Positions 20,860 to 30,551 of a stretch of DNA of 64,000 bases are shown piece after piece. The DNA is taken from NCBI GenBank assembly GCA_965263355.1, contig CBDHHL010000032.1:416001-480000 (forward strand), given 5' to 3'. The stretch is from Leptolyngbyaceae cyanobacterium. Its GTDB lineage: Bacteria > Cyanobacteriota > Cyanobacteriia > Phormidesmidales > Phormidesmidaceae. Within the stretch, counting starts at the first letter, position 1, and every line of letters starts with the position of its first letter. A model generated the notes under the pieces. It saw nothing but the letters and a program-made list of their open reading frames with translations. It made no database searches and was not told the origin of the DNA. Both the position numbers and the translations under genes were made by a program.

Positions 20860-21999
20860 ATGGCTCGTTTTCAATATAGCTTTCAGGCCACTCTTGCGGG
20901 GCTTTTAGGCGTCGGTTTTAGTTTGTTCCTTGGCATGGCATGGTTCTGGGCACCAATTGCTGAAGCTGCGACCATGCCATCTTTAACTCTGCCGGTAGCC
21001 TATTTACCCCCCGGCGATGCAATTACTGATCCCGAAGCATTATTGCGTTATGCCCTGCCAATTGATAGTTCTGAAATTCGTAAAATTCAGGACGATTTGG
21101 AAGGTCTCAACTATGCTTTACGAACAAAGCAGTGGGGGCGAGCAAGTCGGGAAATTAATCGATCGGCAAAGCTGCTTAATCGCAAGCGTGCGGTTATTGT
21201 GAAGGCGATTCCAGAGGAGCGTCACTCTCTAGCTGAGCCACTGTTTGTGCAACTTGGTAGTCAGCTAGAGACTATGCAGGCAGCGATTAAAACCAAAGAT
21301 TTGGAAACACTCTGGAGCAATCGACGGGCCGCACTGAACACCATTGACGCTCTGGAGTATCTAATGGTGAAGGGGTTTCCCTATGAAGTACCAGATGAGT
21401 ATGACAACCTGCCTCAGTTAAAAGGGCGTGCGACGGTTGAAATTCAGACTGATGAAGGGCCGGTGACGGTAATTGTGGATGGATATAGTGCACCCGTTAC
21501 AGCGGGTAACTTTGTCGATTTGGTCGAGCGTGGTTTTTATGATGGTATGAGCTTTGATCGGGCCGAACAAAACTATGTGCTGCAGACGGGTGATCCGGAT
21601 GGGCCTGAGGTTGGGTTTATTGATCCAGAAACTCAGCAGTATCGCGCTATACCCCTGGAGATTTTAGTGGAAGGAGATGATGTGCCTACCTATGGAGCTA
21701 CTTTGGAAGAGCTGGGTCGTTTTTTAGAAAAGCCTATACTTCCCTTTAACTCCTTTGGTGCGTTAGCCATGGCCCGACCTGAGTCTGAGCCAGACGGTGG
21801 TTCTTCCCAATTTTTCTTCTTTTTGTTTGAGCCGGAGCTGACTCCAGCAGGGTTAAATCTATTGGATGGCCGCTATGCTGTTTTTGGTTACACCGTTGCA
21901 GGGCAGGAGGCGTTGGATCAGATGGGGCGTCAGGGGGGCAAGATCCTGTCGGCTAAGGTTGTGGATGGTTTAGATAATTTGGTTGTACCCAAGGCGTGA
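20860..21999 (+). CDS. Cyclophilin-type PPIase (CYP38/TLP40-like)
   Basis: LLRYALP helical domain, APVTAGNF, QTGDP, SQFFF. Confidence 0.9.
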   Translation: MARFQYSFQATLAGLLGVGFSLFLGMAWFWAPIAEAATMPSLTLPVAYLPPGDAITDPEALLRYALPIDSSEIRKIQDDLEGLNYALRTKQWGRASREINRSAKLLNRKRAVIVKAIPEERHSLAEPLFVQLGSQLETMQAAIKTKDLETLWSNRRAALNTIDALEYLMVKGFPYEVPDEYDNLPQLKGRATVEIQTDEGPVTVIVDGYSAPVTAGNFVDLVERGFYDGMSFDRAEQNYVLQTGDPDGPEVGFIDPETQQYRAIPLEILVEGDDVPTYGATLEELGRFLEKPILPFNSFGALAMARPESEPDGGSSQFFFFLFEPELTPAGLNLLDGRYAVFGYTVAGQEALDQMGRQGGKILSAKVVDGLDNLVVPKA

Positions 22000-22985
22000 G
22001 CATTGTTGGACCAACCATTGCTGACCTAGGCGAGCACGAGGTGCTCAAACGGTTGCGTCCATATTGTGCAGCTGTGGTAGGGGATGATGCTGCTATTCAG
22101 CCTATGCCTGCTGGTGAGCAGCTGGTGGTGACGACAGATGTGTTGGTGGACGGGGTGCATTTTTCAGATCGTACTCTTTCTCCCTGCGCTTTGGGTTGGC
22201 GAGCGGCGGCTGTTAATCTGTCGGACTTGGCTGCGATGGGTGCACATCCCTTGGGCCTAACTATCGGTATGACCCTGCCACCCAATACTTCTTGGTCATG
22301 GGTCGAAGCGCTATACCAGGGAATAGCTGATTGTCTGGGCCATTACGGAGGGGAAATCATGGGTGGCGATCTCTGCCGGGGCGAGCATCGTAGCTTAGCG
22401 ATTACAGCCCTTGGTTATGTCTCACAGTATCAGGCGTTGTATCGTAACCGGGCTCTGGCTCAACAAACCCTGGTCGTGACAGGAGTGCATGGGTCTTCCC
22501 GTGCTGGTTTGGCAGTGTTGCTAGAAGAAATAGAGGTAACGGGTGCTTTGGCCCAGGCATGGGTCCAGGTCCATCAGCACCCCCTGCCCAGGTTTGATGC
22601 GATCGCAATACTCCGCACACAAACCAAAACGATGGTTAACATTGCCGCTATGGACACCAGCGATGGATTGGCTGATGCTGTGATTCAAATCTGTCGTCAG
22701 AGTGGGGTAGGGGCAGCGCTTTTGCGATCACAATTACCGATGCCACCGGGGCTAATTGATGTAGTTGGACCAGTCACTGCCCAACACTGGACGCTCTATG
22801 GTGGCGAAGATTTTGAGCTGGTGCTGAGTCTGCCTCCGGAACTAGCTAACGCTTTTATAGAACGGCTGCCGGGTAGTCAAATGATTGGCCAGACTACTGA
22901 GGATGTAGCCATTCGGTTAATTGATGATGTGGATCAGGGACCCGATGTTTTATTGGATCAAAATCAGGGTTATCGACATTTTTGA
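21996..22985 (+). CDS. thiL: Thiamine-monophosphate kinase
   Basis: GDDAA, NLSDLAAMG, MDTSDGL, GGEDFEL. Confidence 0.95.
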   Translation: MSIVGPTIADLGEHEVLKRLRPYCAAVVGDDAAIQPMPAGEQLVVTTDVLVDGVHFSDRTLSPCALGWRAAAVNLSDLAAMGAHPLGLTIGMTLPPNTSWSWVEALYQGIADCLGHYGGEIMGGDLCRGEHRSLAITALGYVSQYQALYRNRALAQQTLVVTGVHGSSRAGLAVLLEEIEVTGALAQAWVQVHQHPLPRFDAIAILRTQTKTMVNIAAMDTSDGLADAVIQICRQSGVGAALLRSQLPMPPGLIDVVGPVTAQHWTLYGGEDFELVLSLPPELANAFIERLPGSQMIGQTTEDVAIRLIDDVDQGPDVLLDQNQGYRHF

Positions 22986-23009
22986 TGGTTTTAATGGGCA
23001 ATGACCTTG

Positions 23010-23939
23010 TTAATAAATCTTCCAGGCTTTAAGTGCATAGCCAAATGCGCAATCATCGGGATGTAAAATCTCTGCCAGAATTTCTAGAGAGTCTACCAAA
23101 CGGGGACCGGGGCGATTGAAATAATGATTGCCATCGACCAAAAAAACACGCCCGTTTTTAACCGCTTTTAGGTTTTGCCAGGGAGCCATTTGAGTGAGCT
23201 GATCGATGGATTGACGGCTCTGGCGTAAATCATAACCACAGGGCATGATCACCAAGATGTCGGGCTCAGCTGCATTTAAGTCTTCCCAGGGTAACCAGGG
23301 AGAATGCCGCCCCACCTGACCAAATAACGGATGCCCTCCTGCCATGGAGACTAATTCGGGAACCCAGTTGCCTGCCCCCATGAGGGGATCGGTCCATTCC
23401 AAACAGGCAACGGTGGGCTGGGGTAGCTTAGCCGGCACCTTTTCTAAACAGGCCTGCAATCGATCCTGCAGTTGGGCAATCGTGAGATCTGCGATCGCAT
23501 CTCCATTGACCGGGTCTAGCGATATGGCTACCCGGCGCAGATCATCCCACAAATCTGCTAGAACTTGAGGCTTGAGAGAAATCACTACAGGCTCGGGAGC
23601 AATAACCTGAGCGATCGCTTTTTGAACGTCCGCTAAACTGGCCGCACATACCTCACATTGATCCTGGGTAAGAATATGGGTAGGGCGTAGTTGCTTGAGG
23701 CGCTCGACGTTGACGTTATAAACACTGAGGCCCTGTTGTAATAGCTCACTTACCCGGTCGTGAACCTCTTTGCTGGTCCCATCGGGATCAAAGCTGGGTG
23801 AGGTACAAACCGGCAACGTTTGGACGGTCGGTGGAAAATCGCAGGAGTGGGAGCGCCCTACCAAAGACTCGCTAAAGCCAAGCTGGGTAACGATTTCTGT
23901 AGCGCTGGGAATTAAAGAAACGATGCGAAGCTCAGACAT
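23010..23939 (-). CDS. BtuF-like periplasmic-binding fold protein
   Basis: RIVSLIPSATE, FNRPGPRLVDSLE; no obvious signal peptide. Confidence 0.85.
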   Translation of the reverse strand: MSELRIVSLIPSATEIVTQLGFSESLVGRSHSCDFPPTVQTLPVCTSPSFDPDGTSKEVHDRVSELLQQGLSVYNVNVERLKQLRPTHILTQDQCEVCAASLADVQKAIAQVIAPEPVVISLKPQVLADLWDDLRRVAISLDPVNGDAIADLTIAQLQDRLQACLEKVPAKLPQPTVACLEWTDPLMGAGNWVPELVSMAGGHPLFGQVGRHSPWLPWEDLNAAEPDILVIMPCGYDLRQSRQSIDQLTQMAPWQNLKAVKNGRVFLVDGNHYFNRPGPRLVDSLEILAEILHPDDCAFGYALKAWKIY

Positions 23940-24224
23940 AGCAGCGCGATAAAAAAGACTATTGAGAAGCTACAGCGTATTTAATAGATGAGGCGAAGGG
24001 GAACGCCCGGAACCGAGGGAGCTTGACGACGTTTAGAAACTGGTTTAAGCACTAACTTAATGCTGTGACACGTCTTTACTTACAAGTAAGAAGCCCAATA
24101 TCACTACTTATAGGGTTACCTAATAGATATGGGTATATATGTCTACACTTAAAAGTTACTTAACAGATACGGGGGTTCCTACATATAGGGTATATCAGCT
24201 TCAGGGTATCTAAACGTCAGGATT

Positions 24225-25124
24225 TTATCTGGAACGGAATTCCACAGAGTGTGCATGCAAAATTACATCAAAATTTTTGTAGACATCATTGCCTAATAGA
24301 CCAATGGGAACAGCATCGCCAATGCTAACAGGCAGATTTCGACGGGTAATAATGCCCACACTTAGGAAGTCTACATACCCTACGTCAACCGCAACATCAC
24401 TACTGCTGGCAGTGGTCACTGAGACTTGACCAACGACATGAACTCCCAGCTCATTGGCCATGGTGCGGGTAATGTGAGTGTGGCTGGCCCCTGTATCTAA
24501 AATCATTGGATAACGCCTACCATTGAAGGTAGCTTCAATGACTGGTGTGCCGCCACGCCGCTCAATAATAGGGATGTGATAATCGCGAGTCGGTACTGTG
24601 ACGGCGGCTGTTGTTCCCTCAGAAATTGGTTTGGGTCGATTGAGCGAAATCTCTGATGGTGGCTGTTTTAAGTTTGTTAACCGCTGCTGTGCCTGAGATA
24701 GATTACGCTGATAGTCCTTGAGCTTGGTCTGGGCTACCGCATAATTTTGATCGTCCGTCGGCACTTCGTTTAGTTTTTGAATTGCCTGTTCCCAACGTCC
24801 AACAATTAAATCCCAATCGTCGGATGAAGTGGCTTGCTGTCCCAGGGTAAATGCGCTGGAGGCCAGGTTAATGGCTGCTTGATACGCTGGGTCAGCACTA
24901 GGCTGACTAGGGGGAGCGATGTTGTTGGCATCGGCCTTTTGGCTACCAGTAGCGCTATTAGCAGCAGACTTATCCACCTCTGTTGCCACCGGAGGCATGC
25001 TTTGAACCGGGGTAGATACAGGGGTGTTACCTAGATTCTCTGTTTGTACTGGTCCAGTTTGACAAGCGGCCAGGGTGCTCAGACAGAGAATCTGAATAAA
25101 TCTAATTCGTTTTTTTTCAAGCAT
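24225..25124 (-). CDS. Lipoprotein with retropepsin-like aspartic protease domain
   Basis: LAAC lipobox; ILDTGAS and GLLG motifs. Confidence 0.85.
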   Translation of the reverse strand: MLEKKRIRFIQILCLSTLAACQTGPVQTENLGNTPVSTPVQSMPPVATEVDKSAANSATGSQKADANNIAPPSQPSADPAYQAAINLASSAFTLGQQATSSDDWDLIVGRWEQAIQKLNEVPTDDQNYAVAQTKLKDYQRNLSQAQQRLTNLKQPPSEISLNRPKPISEGTTAAVTVPTRDYHIPIIERRGGTPVIEATFNGRRYPMILDTGASHTHITRTMANELGVHVVGQVSVTTASSSDVAVDVGYVDFLSVGIITRRNLPVSIGDAVPIGLLGNDVYKNFDVILHAHSVEFRSR

Positions 25125-25216
25125 GGTTCAAAAGTTACCCATGACCTCTAGGATGGTACCGGTCCCCATTGTGCTCACTGGTGTGATCAACCTTATCTAC
25201 CTTCCTGTTGTAACCC

Positions 25217-26386
25217 ATGTCTATTTTTTCCACTAGGTCCCAGCCCGCCTTGTTGGTGCTAGCCGATGGCTCGGTTTTTCGTGGTTGGTCGTTTGGGGCC
25301 ACCGGTACTGTTGTGGGGGAAATTGTGTTTAATACCGGGATGACAGGATATCAGGAAGTTTTGACCGACCCTAGCTATCGAGGACAGATTGTCACATTTA
25401 CCTATCCAGAACTCGGAAATACTGGCGTGAATGACGAGGATGAGGAATCGGCTGCACCTCAGGTGAATGGTGCGATCGCAAAAAATGTCTGTGAGCGCCC
25501 CAGCAACTGGCGCTCTACTAATACCTTGCCCGACTATCTTAAACAACACAATATTCCTGGTATCTATGGCATCGATACCCGTGCTCTAACTCGCAAGTTA
25601 CGCACCGTTGGAGCAATGAACGGAGCTATTTCTAGCGAAATTCTGAACTCGGATCAGCTCCGACAGCAGTTAGAGCTTATTCCCAATATGGAAGGCTTAA
25701 ATCTGGTCAAAGAGGTCAGTACCCCTGAGGTTTATGAATGGACAGAGACCACCCATAGAACCTGGGAATTTGCTTCAACGCTTTGTAATCAGACAGATGC
25801 TCCTGATCTGCTGACGGTAGTGGCGATTGATTTTGGTATCAAACGCAATATTCTAAGACGGTTGGCTAGCTATGGTTGTCGTGTGATTGTAGTACCCATC
25901 GATACCTCTCCTGAAGACATTCTCAATCACAACCCTGACGGCATTTTTCTATCCAATGGCCCTGGCGATCCTGCCGCTGTTGAGTCAGCGCCAGTCCTGG
26001 TCAAAGCTCTGTTAGATAGTCAGATTCCTACCTTTGGTATTTGCATGGGACATCAGATTTTAGGCCTATCCTTAGGCGCTAAAACCTTCAAACTGAAATT
26101 TGGCCATCGGGGGCTCAATCAACCCTGTGGTCTTACTCGACGGGTGGAAATCACAAGTCAAAATCATGGTTTTGCCATTGATGCTGATACAATTCCAACC
26201 ACAGAAATTGCAGTGACCCATTTCAATCTGAACGACCGCACTGTAGCGGGTCTCAAACACAAAACCTTACCTATATTTTCAGTGCAGTATCATCCTGAGG
26301 CTAGCCCTGGTCCCCACGATGCTGATTATTTATTTGAAAAATTCATCACTTTGATGCGTGATCATCGTAGAGATAGGGTAGGGTAA
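25217..26386 (+). CDS. carA: Carbamoyl-phosphate synthase small subunit
   Basis: [29 protein letters not shown]. Confidence 0.97.
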   Translation: MSIFSTRSQPALLVLADGSVFRGWSFGATGTVVGEIVFNTGMTGYQEVLTDPSYRGQIVTFTYPELGNTGVNDEDEESAAPQVNGAIAKNVCERPSNWRSTNTLPDYLKQHNIPGIYGIDTRALTRKLRTVGAMNGAISSEILNSDQLRQQLELIPNMEGLNLVKEVSTPEVYEWTETTHRTWEFASTLCNQTDAPDLLTVVAIDFGIKRNILRRLASYGCRVIVVPIDTSPEDILNHNPDGIFLSNGPGDPAAVESAPVLVKALLDSQIPTFGICMGHQILGLSLGAKTFKLKFGHRGLNQPCGLTRRVEITSQNHGFAIDADTIPTTEIAVTHFNLNDRTVAGLKHKTLPIFSVQYHPEASPGPHDADYLFEKFITLMRDHRRDRVG

Positions 26387-26535
26387 TTTATATTTTCCAT
26401 TAAGTATCGGAAAAGCTACAGATTAGGCTTATGCAAGTGCGTTTACGTTTCGCTTAATTTTCTTGCAGTCGGCCAAATCCTGACCTAAAATTAAACGTCT
26501 GAATTTGCCGTATCTATTGGCTTTAGGAGGTTATT

Positions 26536-26904
26536 ATCGCTGAGTCGCTGACCCTAACCGTAAGTTTAAGAGGCACCCGTGACGTTAGGGGGAAATGTCA
26601 AATATTTCGCCTCACTGGTTTGCTAGATGCGTTTTCAGAACCTACATTTCGCAAGGTTTTGAATCGATATATTGAAGAAGGACCGACCCACATTATTCTT
26701 GATCTGTCGGCAATTGATTTTGTCGATAGCTCTGGTTTAGGTGCACTGGTACAGCTGGTTAAAAAGGCAAAAGGTGAAAGTGGCAGTGTTCAAGTGGTAA
26801 CCAATGCCCGCGTTACCCAGACGGTGAAGCTAGTCCGTCTAGAGAAGTTCCTTTCACTACAGCCTACCGTCGATGCTGCCCTTGAGAATTTAAAAGATTC
26901 TTGA
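26536..26904 (+). CDS. STAS domain anti-sigma factor antagonist, probable ATC start
   Basis: FVDSSGLGALV; frame is open 28 codons upstream of the called start, to an ATC behind AGGAGG. Confidence 0.85.
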   Translation: MAESLTLTVSLRGTRDVRGKCQIFRLTGLLDAFSEPTFRKVLNRYIEEGPTHIILDLSAIDFVDSSGLGALVQLVKKAKGESGSVQVVTNARVTQTVKLVRLEKFLSLQPTVDAALENLKDS

Positions 26905-26976
26905 GTGTCGTCGTGAACTGGGCTTGGAACGTCAGGGGCCAATGGCGTGGTTGCTTTTGTTTAAGCGCAGGAGGCC

Positions 26977-27447
26977 TTGATGGATAGTCCTGATCAAACG
27001 GATGTCCAGTTGACTGTTTCCAGTCAACTCTCCAGTCAACTGTCTGAATTATTTGTCTTAGCTCATCTTCGGCCCCAACAGGTGCAGTCTATTCCACCGA
27101 TCGCGTTGGCCTATATTGGTGATGCTGTGTTTGAACTCTATGTACGCATGCAGCTTTTATGGCCACCTCAGCGCATACAAATGTTTCACCAGCAGGTGGT
27201 AGGGCAGGTGAAGGCTGAGCAGCAGGCTACCTATCTGGAAGTGTTAATGCCCCATTTAACCGATGCAGAAGCTGATATCGTGCGGCGAGGGCGTAATGCC
27301 ACATCTAAATCCCCAAGGCGTTTATCAGCAAAGATATATCGTCAGGCAACGGCGTTTGAAACCTTGGTTGGCTATCTCTACATCACCGATCAAACCCGTC
27401 TGTTTGAATTATTAAGTAAGTTGAGTGTTAAATCTGCTACCTTTTAA
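26977..27447 (+). CDS. mrnC: Mini-ribonuclease III
   Basis: LAYIGDAVFEL, RRGRN, ATAFETLVGYL; upstream of rlmB. Confidence 0.9.
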   Translation: MMDSPDQTDVQLTVSSQLSSQLSELFVLAHLRPQQVQSIPPIALAYIGDAVFELYVRMQLLWPPQRIQMFHQQVVGQVKAEQQATYLEVLMPHLTDAEADIVRRGRNATSKSPRRLSAKIYRQATAFETLVGYLYITDQTRLFELLSKLSVKSATF

Positions 27448-27529
27448 TCTCCCAGCGTTTGATTTTTAAGTTGTGGGTTGTGCTGTTGGATAAAACGCTA
27501 TGATGTGACTCCGCTTCTACTGCTAATCT

Positions 27530-28507
27530 ATGGCTAATCCCTCCTCTGATCGGCCTCGTCCGGCTAAAGGAAAATCTCGCCCACAGCTCAAAGGGGCTGC
27601 TAAACCCAGGTTTAAGCAGACGGCCAAACACCCCCCTAGAAAACCCTTTAAGAAACGACAACCTAAGGATGTAAGTGTCTCTGTACAGCCACGTCAACTG
27701 GCAGAGACGCTTCAAGAAGAGCGTCCAGATTTAGTGTATGGTCGTCATTCTGTGGAAGCTGCGATCGCAAATCATCGCCCGATAAATCGCCTTTGGGTTA
27801 ACTCTCGCCTGGTATTTGATGCTCGCTTCCGACCGTTGATTTTAGATGCCAAGGCCAACGGTGCTGTTGTTGATGAGGTTAATACCCAACGATTAAACCA
27901 GCTTACCCAAGGCGCAAATCATCAGGGCATTGTAGCTCAAATTGCTTCCCATGATTATGTTGAACTTGCTGAGCTGGTGACTAACGCCAAGGCAACCTGT
28001 CGTCACCCTGTAATCATTGCTGCCGATAGTATTACTGATCCCCATAATTTAGGGGCCATTATTCGCACTGCTGAAGCACTGGGTGCTCAAGGTGTTGTGA
28101 TCCCCCAGCGGCGGGCTGTGGGGATCACCCCAACTGTGGCTAAAGTGGCTGCTGGAGCCTTAGAAACATTGTCAGTGTCCCGCGTGGTCAACCTCGGACG
28201 TGCGTTAGAACAACTTAAAGAGGATGGATTTTGGGTCTATGGAACAGCGGCTAAGGCAGGCCAACCGGTTCACACCACACAGTTTGATCGCCCCATCGTT
28301 TTAGCCATAGGGGCTGAGGGAACCGGTCTGAGCCTATCGATTCAAAACCTTTGTGATGTTTTAGTCTCTATTCCGTTAACCGGTAAAACTCCTAGTCTTA
28401 ATGCCTCAGTTGCTACAGGTATGGTGCTGTATGAAATTTATCGGCAACGATGGTTAGAAAAATTACCGACAATTAATCTTGGCGGGGATCAAAATCAAGC
28501 TGTATAA
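27530..28507 (+). CDS. rlmB: 23S rRNA Gm2251 methyltransferase
   Basis: [28 protein letters not shown] motifs. Confidence 0.94.
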   Translation: MANPSSDRPRPAKGKSRPQLKGAAKPRFKQTAKHPPRKPFKKRQPKDVSVSVQPRQLAETLQEERPDLVYGRHSVEAAIANHRPINRLWVNSRLVFDARFRPLILDAKANGAVVDEVNTQRLNQLTQGANHQGIVAQIASHDYVELAELVTNAKATCRHPVIIAADSITDPHNLGAIIRTAEALGAQGVVIPQRRAVGITPTVAKVAAGALETLSVSRVVNLGRALEQLKEDGFWVYGTAAKAGQPVHTTQFDRPIVLAIGAEGTGLSLSIQNLCDVLVSIPLTGKTPSLNASVATGMVLYEIYRQRWLEKLPTINLGGDQNQAV

Positions 28508-28572
28508 ATGTTATAAGCACAATTCTAGGCTGCGCGTAAGCTGGTTTTTTTAACACAACAGGTACGTACGTT

Positions 28573-28839
28573 ATGAAAAGCTTTTTGAGTAATCTTTTCA
28601 GCTTATTTTCAAACCCTTGGTGGGTGGAGATTTCTACATCTCAGCCTCGCTGTCTTTATTACTTTGGGCCCTTTGATACAGAAGCTGAGGCAATTCAACA
28701 TCAAGGGGGCTACATCGAAGATTTAGAACAGGAAGGCGCTCAACAGATTAATGTGATAATCAAGAGCTGTCCCGAGCCAGCCCATCTTACTGTGGAATAT
28801 ACGGAGCCTAGTGCTATTACCCCCGTTCACAACAACTAG
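28573..28839 (+). CDS. DUF1816 family protein
   Basis: WWVEI.T..P.C.YYFGPF...GYIEDL..EGA. Confidence 0.85.
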   Translation: MKSFLSNLFSLFSNPWWVEISTSQPRCLYYFGPFDTEAEAIQHQGGYIEDLEQEGAQQINVIIKSCPEPAHLTVEYTEPSAITPVHNN

Positions 28840-28891
28840 CGGAAAAAAAGCCTAGAAAAAGCTGAGATAACGTTGTGCAATAAGTTTCAAT

Positions 28892-28927
28892 AAAGAGGTG
28901 TTTGGAACAATGTTCAAGCACCTTTTA
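28892..28927 (+). terminator. Probable intrinsic terminator
   Basis: Imperfect stem AGGTGTTTGGAACA / TGTTCAAGCACCT followed by T run. Confidence 0.55.
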
Positions 28928-29211
28928 TTATTGGTATAAGGTACAGTATATCGACTAACCAGGGGCACTTTTCAGAGAAATCCCACTAGTGCATTGTCAA
29001 AGCTAAAAATTCGAGTTGGTTACTGACGAAGAGTGAAGGGTAGAGAGTGACTCTTTATCCCTTTAGACCCTTTACTCTTTATCAGTGTTATCCGAAATCT
29101 TAGGCTTGACAGACCACTAGGTAATACCGGAATCCTGATTTTTCAGGCAATTCTTTGTTCAAGAGAACAAAACGAACTCTTCTGTCAGGTTAGTTTTTGT
29201 TATCAGTCTGA

Positions 29212-30024
29212 CTAAGACTGCCAGAATCCATAGGTTTGTAACCACTGTCTAATATCACTGCATAGCTGTGATCCAATCTCCCAGGGCATGAGATGGGCGA
29301 CATTTTCGTATAGGTGCCATTCACAGTTAGATAGGGCCACCGCTGTTTCCTGACTAGATTCTGGTGTGATGTGTACATCATTGGCTGCCGCTAGCATAAG
29401 GCAGGGTTGATAGATTTGATGCAAGTCTTCTAAACGGTTATACCCCTGCTTTAGGGCTCTATTTAAGGCTTGGTTTGCCAGGTTAGAGGTTTTGATAAAT
29501 GCGGGTGTTCCTTCCTGGGCAATGTGACGATAGGCCTGGGCGCTGTGTTGGGAGAGCAAATAGCGAAACAATGACCGTTGACCAAAGGTGGATATATTCC
29601 ATGACCAACCAGGCCTTAGCCAGTTAATTACACCCGCAATGCCAGTCAGCAAATTGTCTTGCCAGGTAATGGCTGGGTGCCGGCCAACGGGTCTCGCTGC
29701 TGTACCAATTAAAATCAGCCCTGCAATCTGTTGGGGGTGCTTGAGAGCTAGTTCCATCGCCAATATACCCCCAAGGGACCAACCCAGCAGTAAGCAGGGC
29801 TGGTCGAACTGCTCTAAGATCACCGCCAAATCGTCTAAATGGTGCTGCATTTCAAAGGGTTGGGTGGTGCGACTACGTCCATAGCCACGCAAATCCGGCG
29901 CAATAACCTGAAAATGTGGGGATAGGTCCTCAGCAAATACCGACATACACCGCCCTGTTCCAGGATGCCCATGGAGACATAGTACAGGCATTCCTCGCCC
30001 ACAGCATTTAACTGATAACTCCAT
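29212..30024 (-). CDS. Alpha/beta fold hydrolase
   Basis: HGHPG, DLRGYG, GWSLG nucleophile, C-terminal His. Confidence 0.9.
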   Translation of the reverse strand: MELSVKCCGRGMPVLCLHGHPGTGRCMSVFAEDLSPHFQVIAPDLRGYGRSRTTQPFEMQHHLDDLAVILEQFDQPCLLLGWSLGGILAMELALKHPQQIAGLILIGTAARPVGRHPAITWQDNLLTGIAGVINWLRPGWSWNISTFGQRSLFRYLLSQHSAQAYRHIAQEGTPAFIKTSNLANQALNRALKQGYNRLEDLHQIYQPCLMLAAANDVHITPESSQETAVALSNCEWHLYENVAHLMPWEIGSQLCSDIRQWLQTYGFWQS

Positions 30025-30037
30025 AGGCCGCCAGAGA

Positions 30038-30442
30038 CTAGACCTCTTCTTTAGGGGTAAAATCGAGGGCTGCTGAGTTCATGCAATAGCGCTCTCCCGT
30101 AGGCTGAGGACCATCGGTAAACACATGGCCCAGGTGAGCATCGCAAACGGCACAGAGAACTTCAGTACGCACCATAAAGAGGCTAAAGTCTCGTTTAGTT
30201 GCAACATTCTCCGGTTTGCTGGAACTCCAAAAACTAGGCCAACCGGTCCCCGAATCGTACTTGGTCTCAGAGGAAAAGAGTTCAGCACCACAGCAAATGC
30301 AGTTGTATATGCCGACCTCTTTATTGTCATGGTACTTGCCGGTAAAGGCCCGTTCAGTACCGTGCTTACGGGTGACTTGATATTGCTCAGGGGTAAGCTG
30401 TGCTTGCCATTCTGCGTCTGTTTTTTGAATTTTCTCCACCAT
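30038..30442 (-). CDS. msrB: Peptide-methionine (R)-S-oxide reductase
   Basis: GTGWPSF, HLGHVF, RYCMNS, two CxxC. Confidence 0.97.
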   Translation of the reverse strand: MVEKIQKTDAEWQAQLTPEQYQVTRKHGTERAFTGKYHDNKEVGIYNCICCGAELFSSETKYDSGTGWPSFWSSSKPENVATKRDFSLFMVRTEVLCAVCDAHLGHVFTDGPQPTGERYCMNSAALDFTPKEEV

Positions 30443-30551
30443 GGTTTTACTCAGAAAGTCAGTTACAGCTTTTCTTGATCCTAACGCACATCAAGTGGAT
30501 CTAAAGGTGTTGTCTAATCTCCAGCTTTGATATTGGTTAGTGTCACAGTGA

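Noticed and set aside
23940..24224. Cobalamin riboswitch upstream of the BtuF-like gene
   Set aside because: No B12-box or GGGAA/CGGTG core seen on the minus strand
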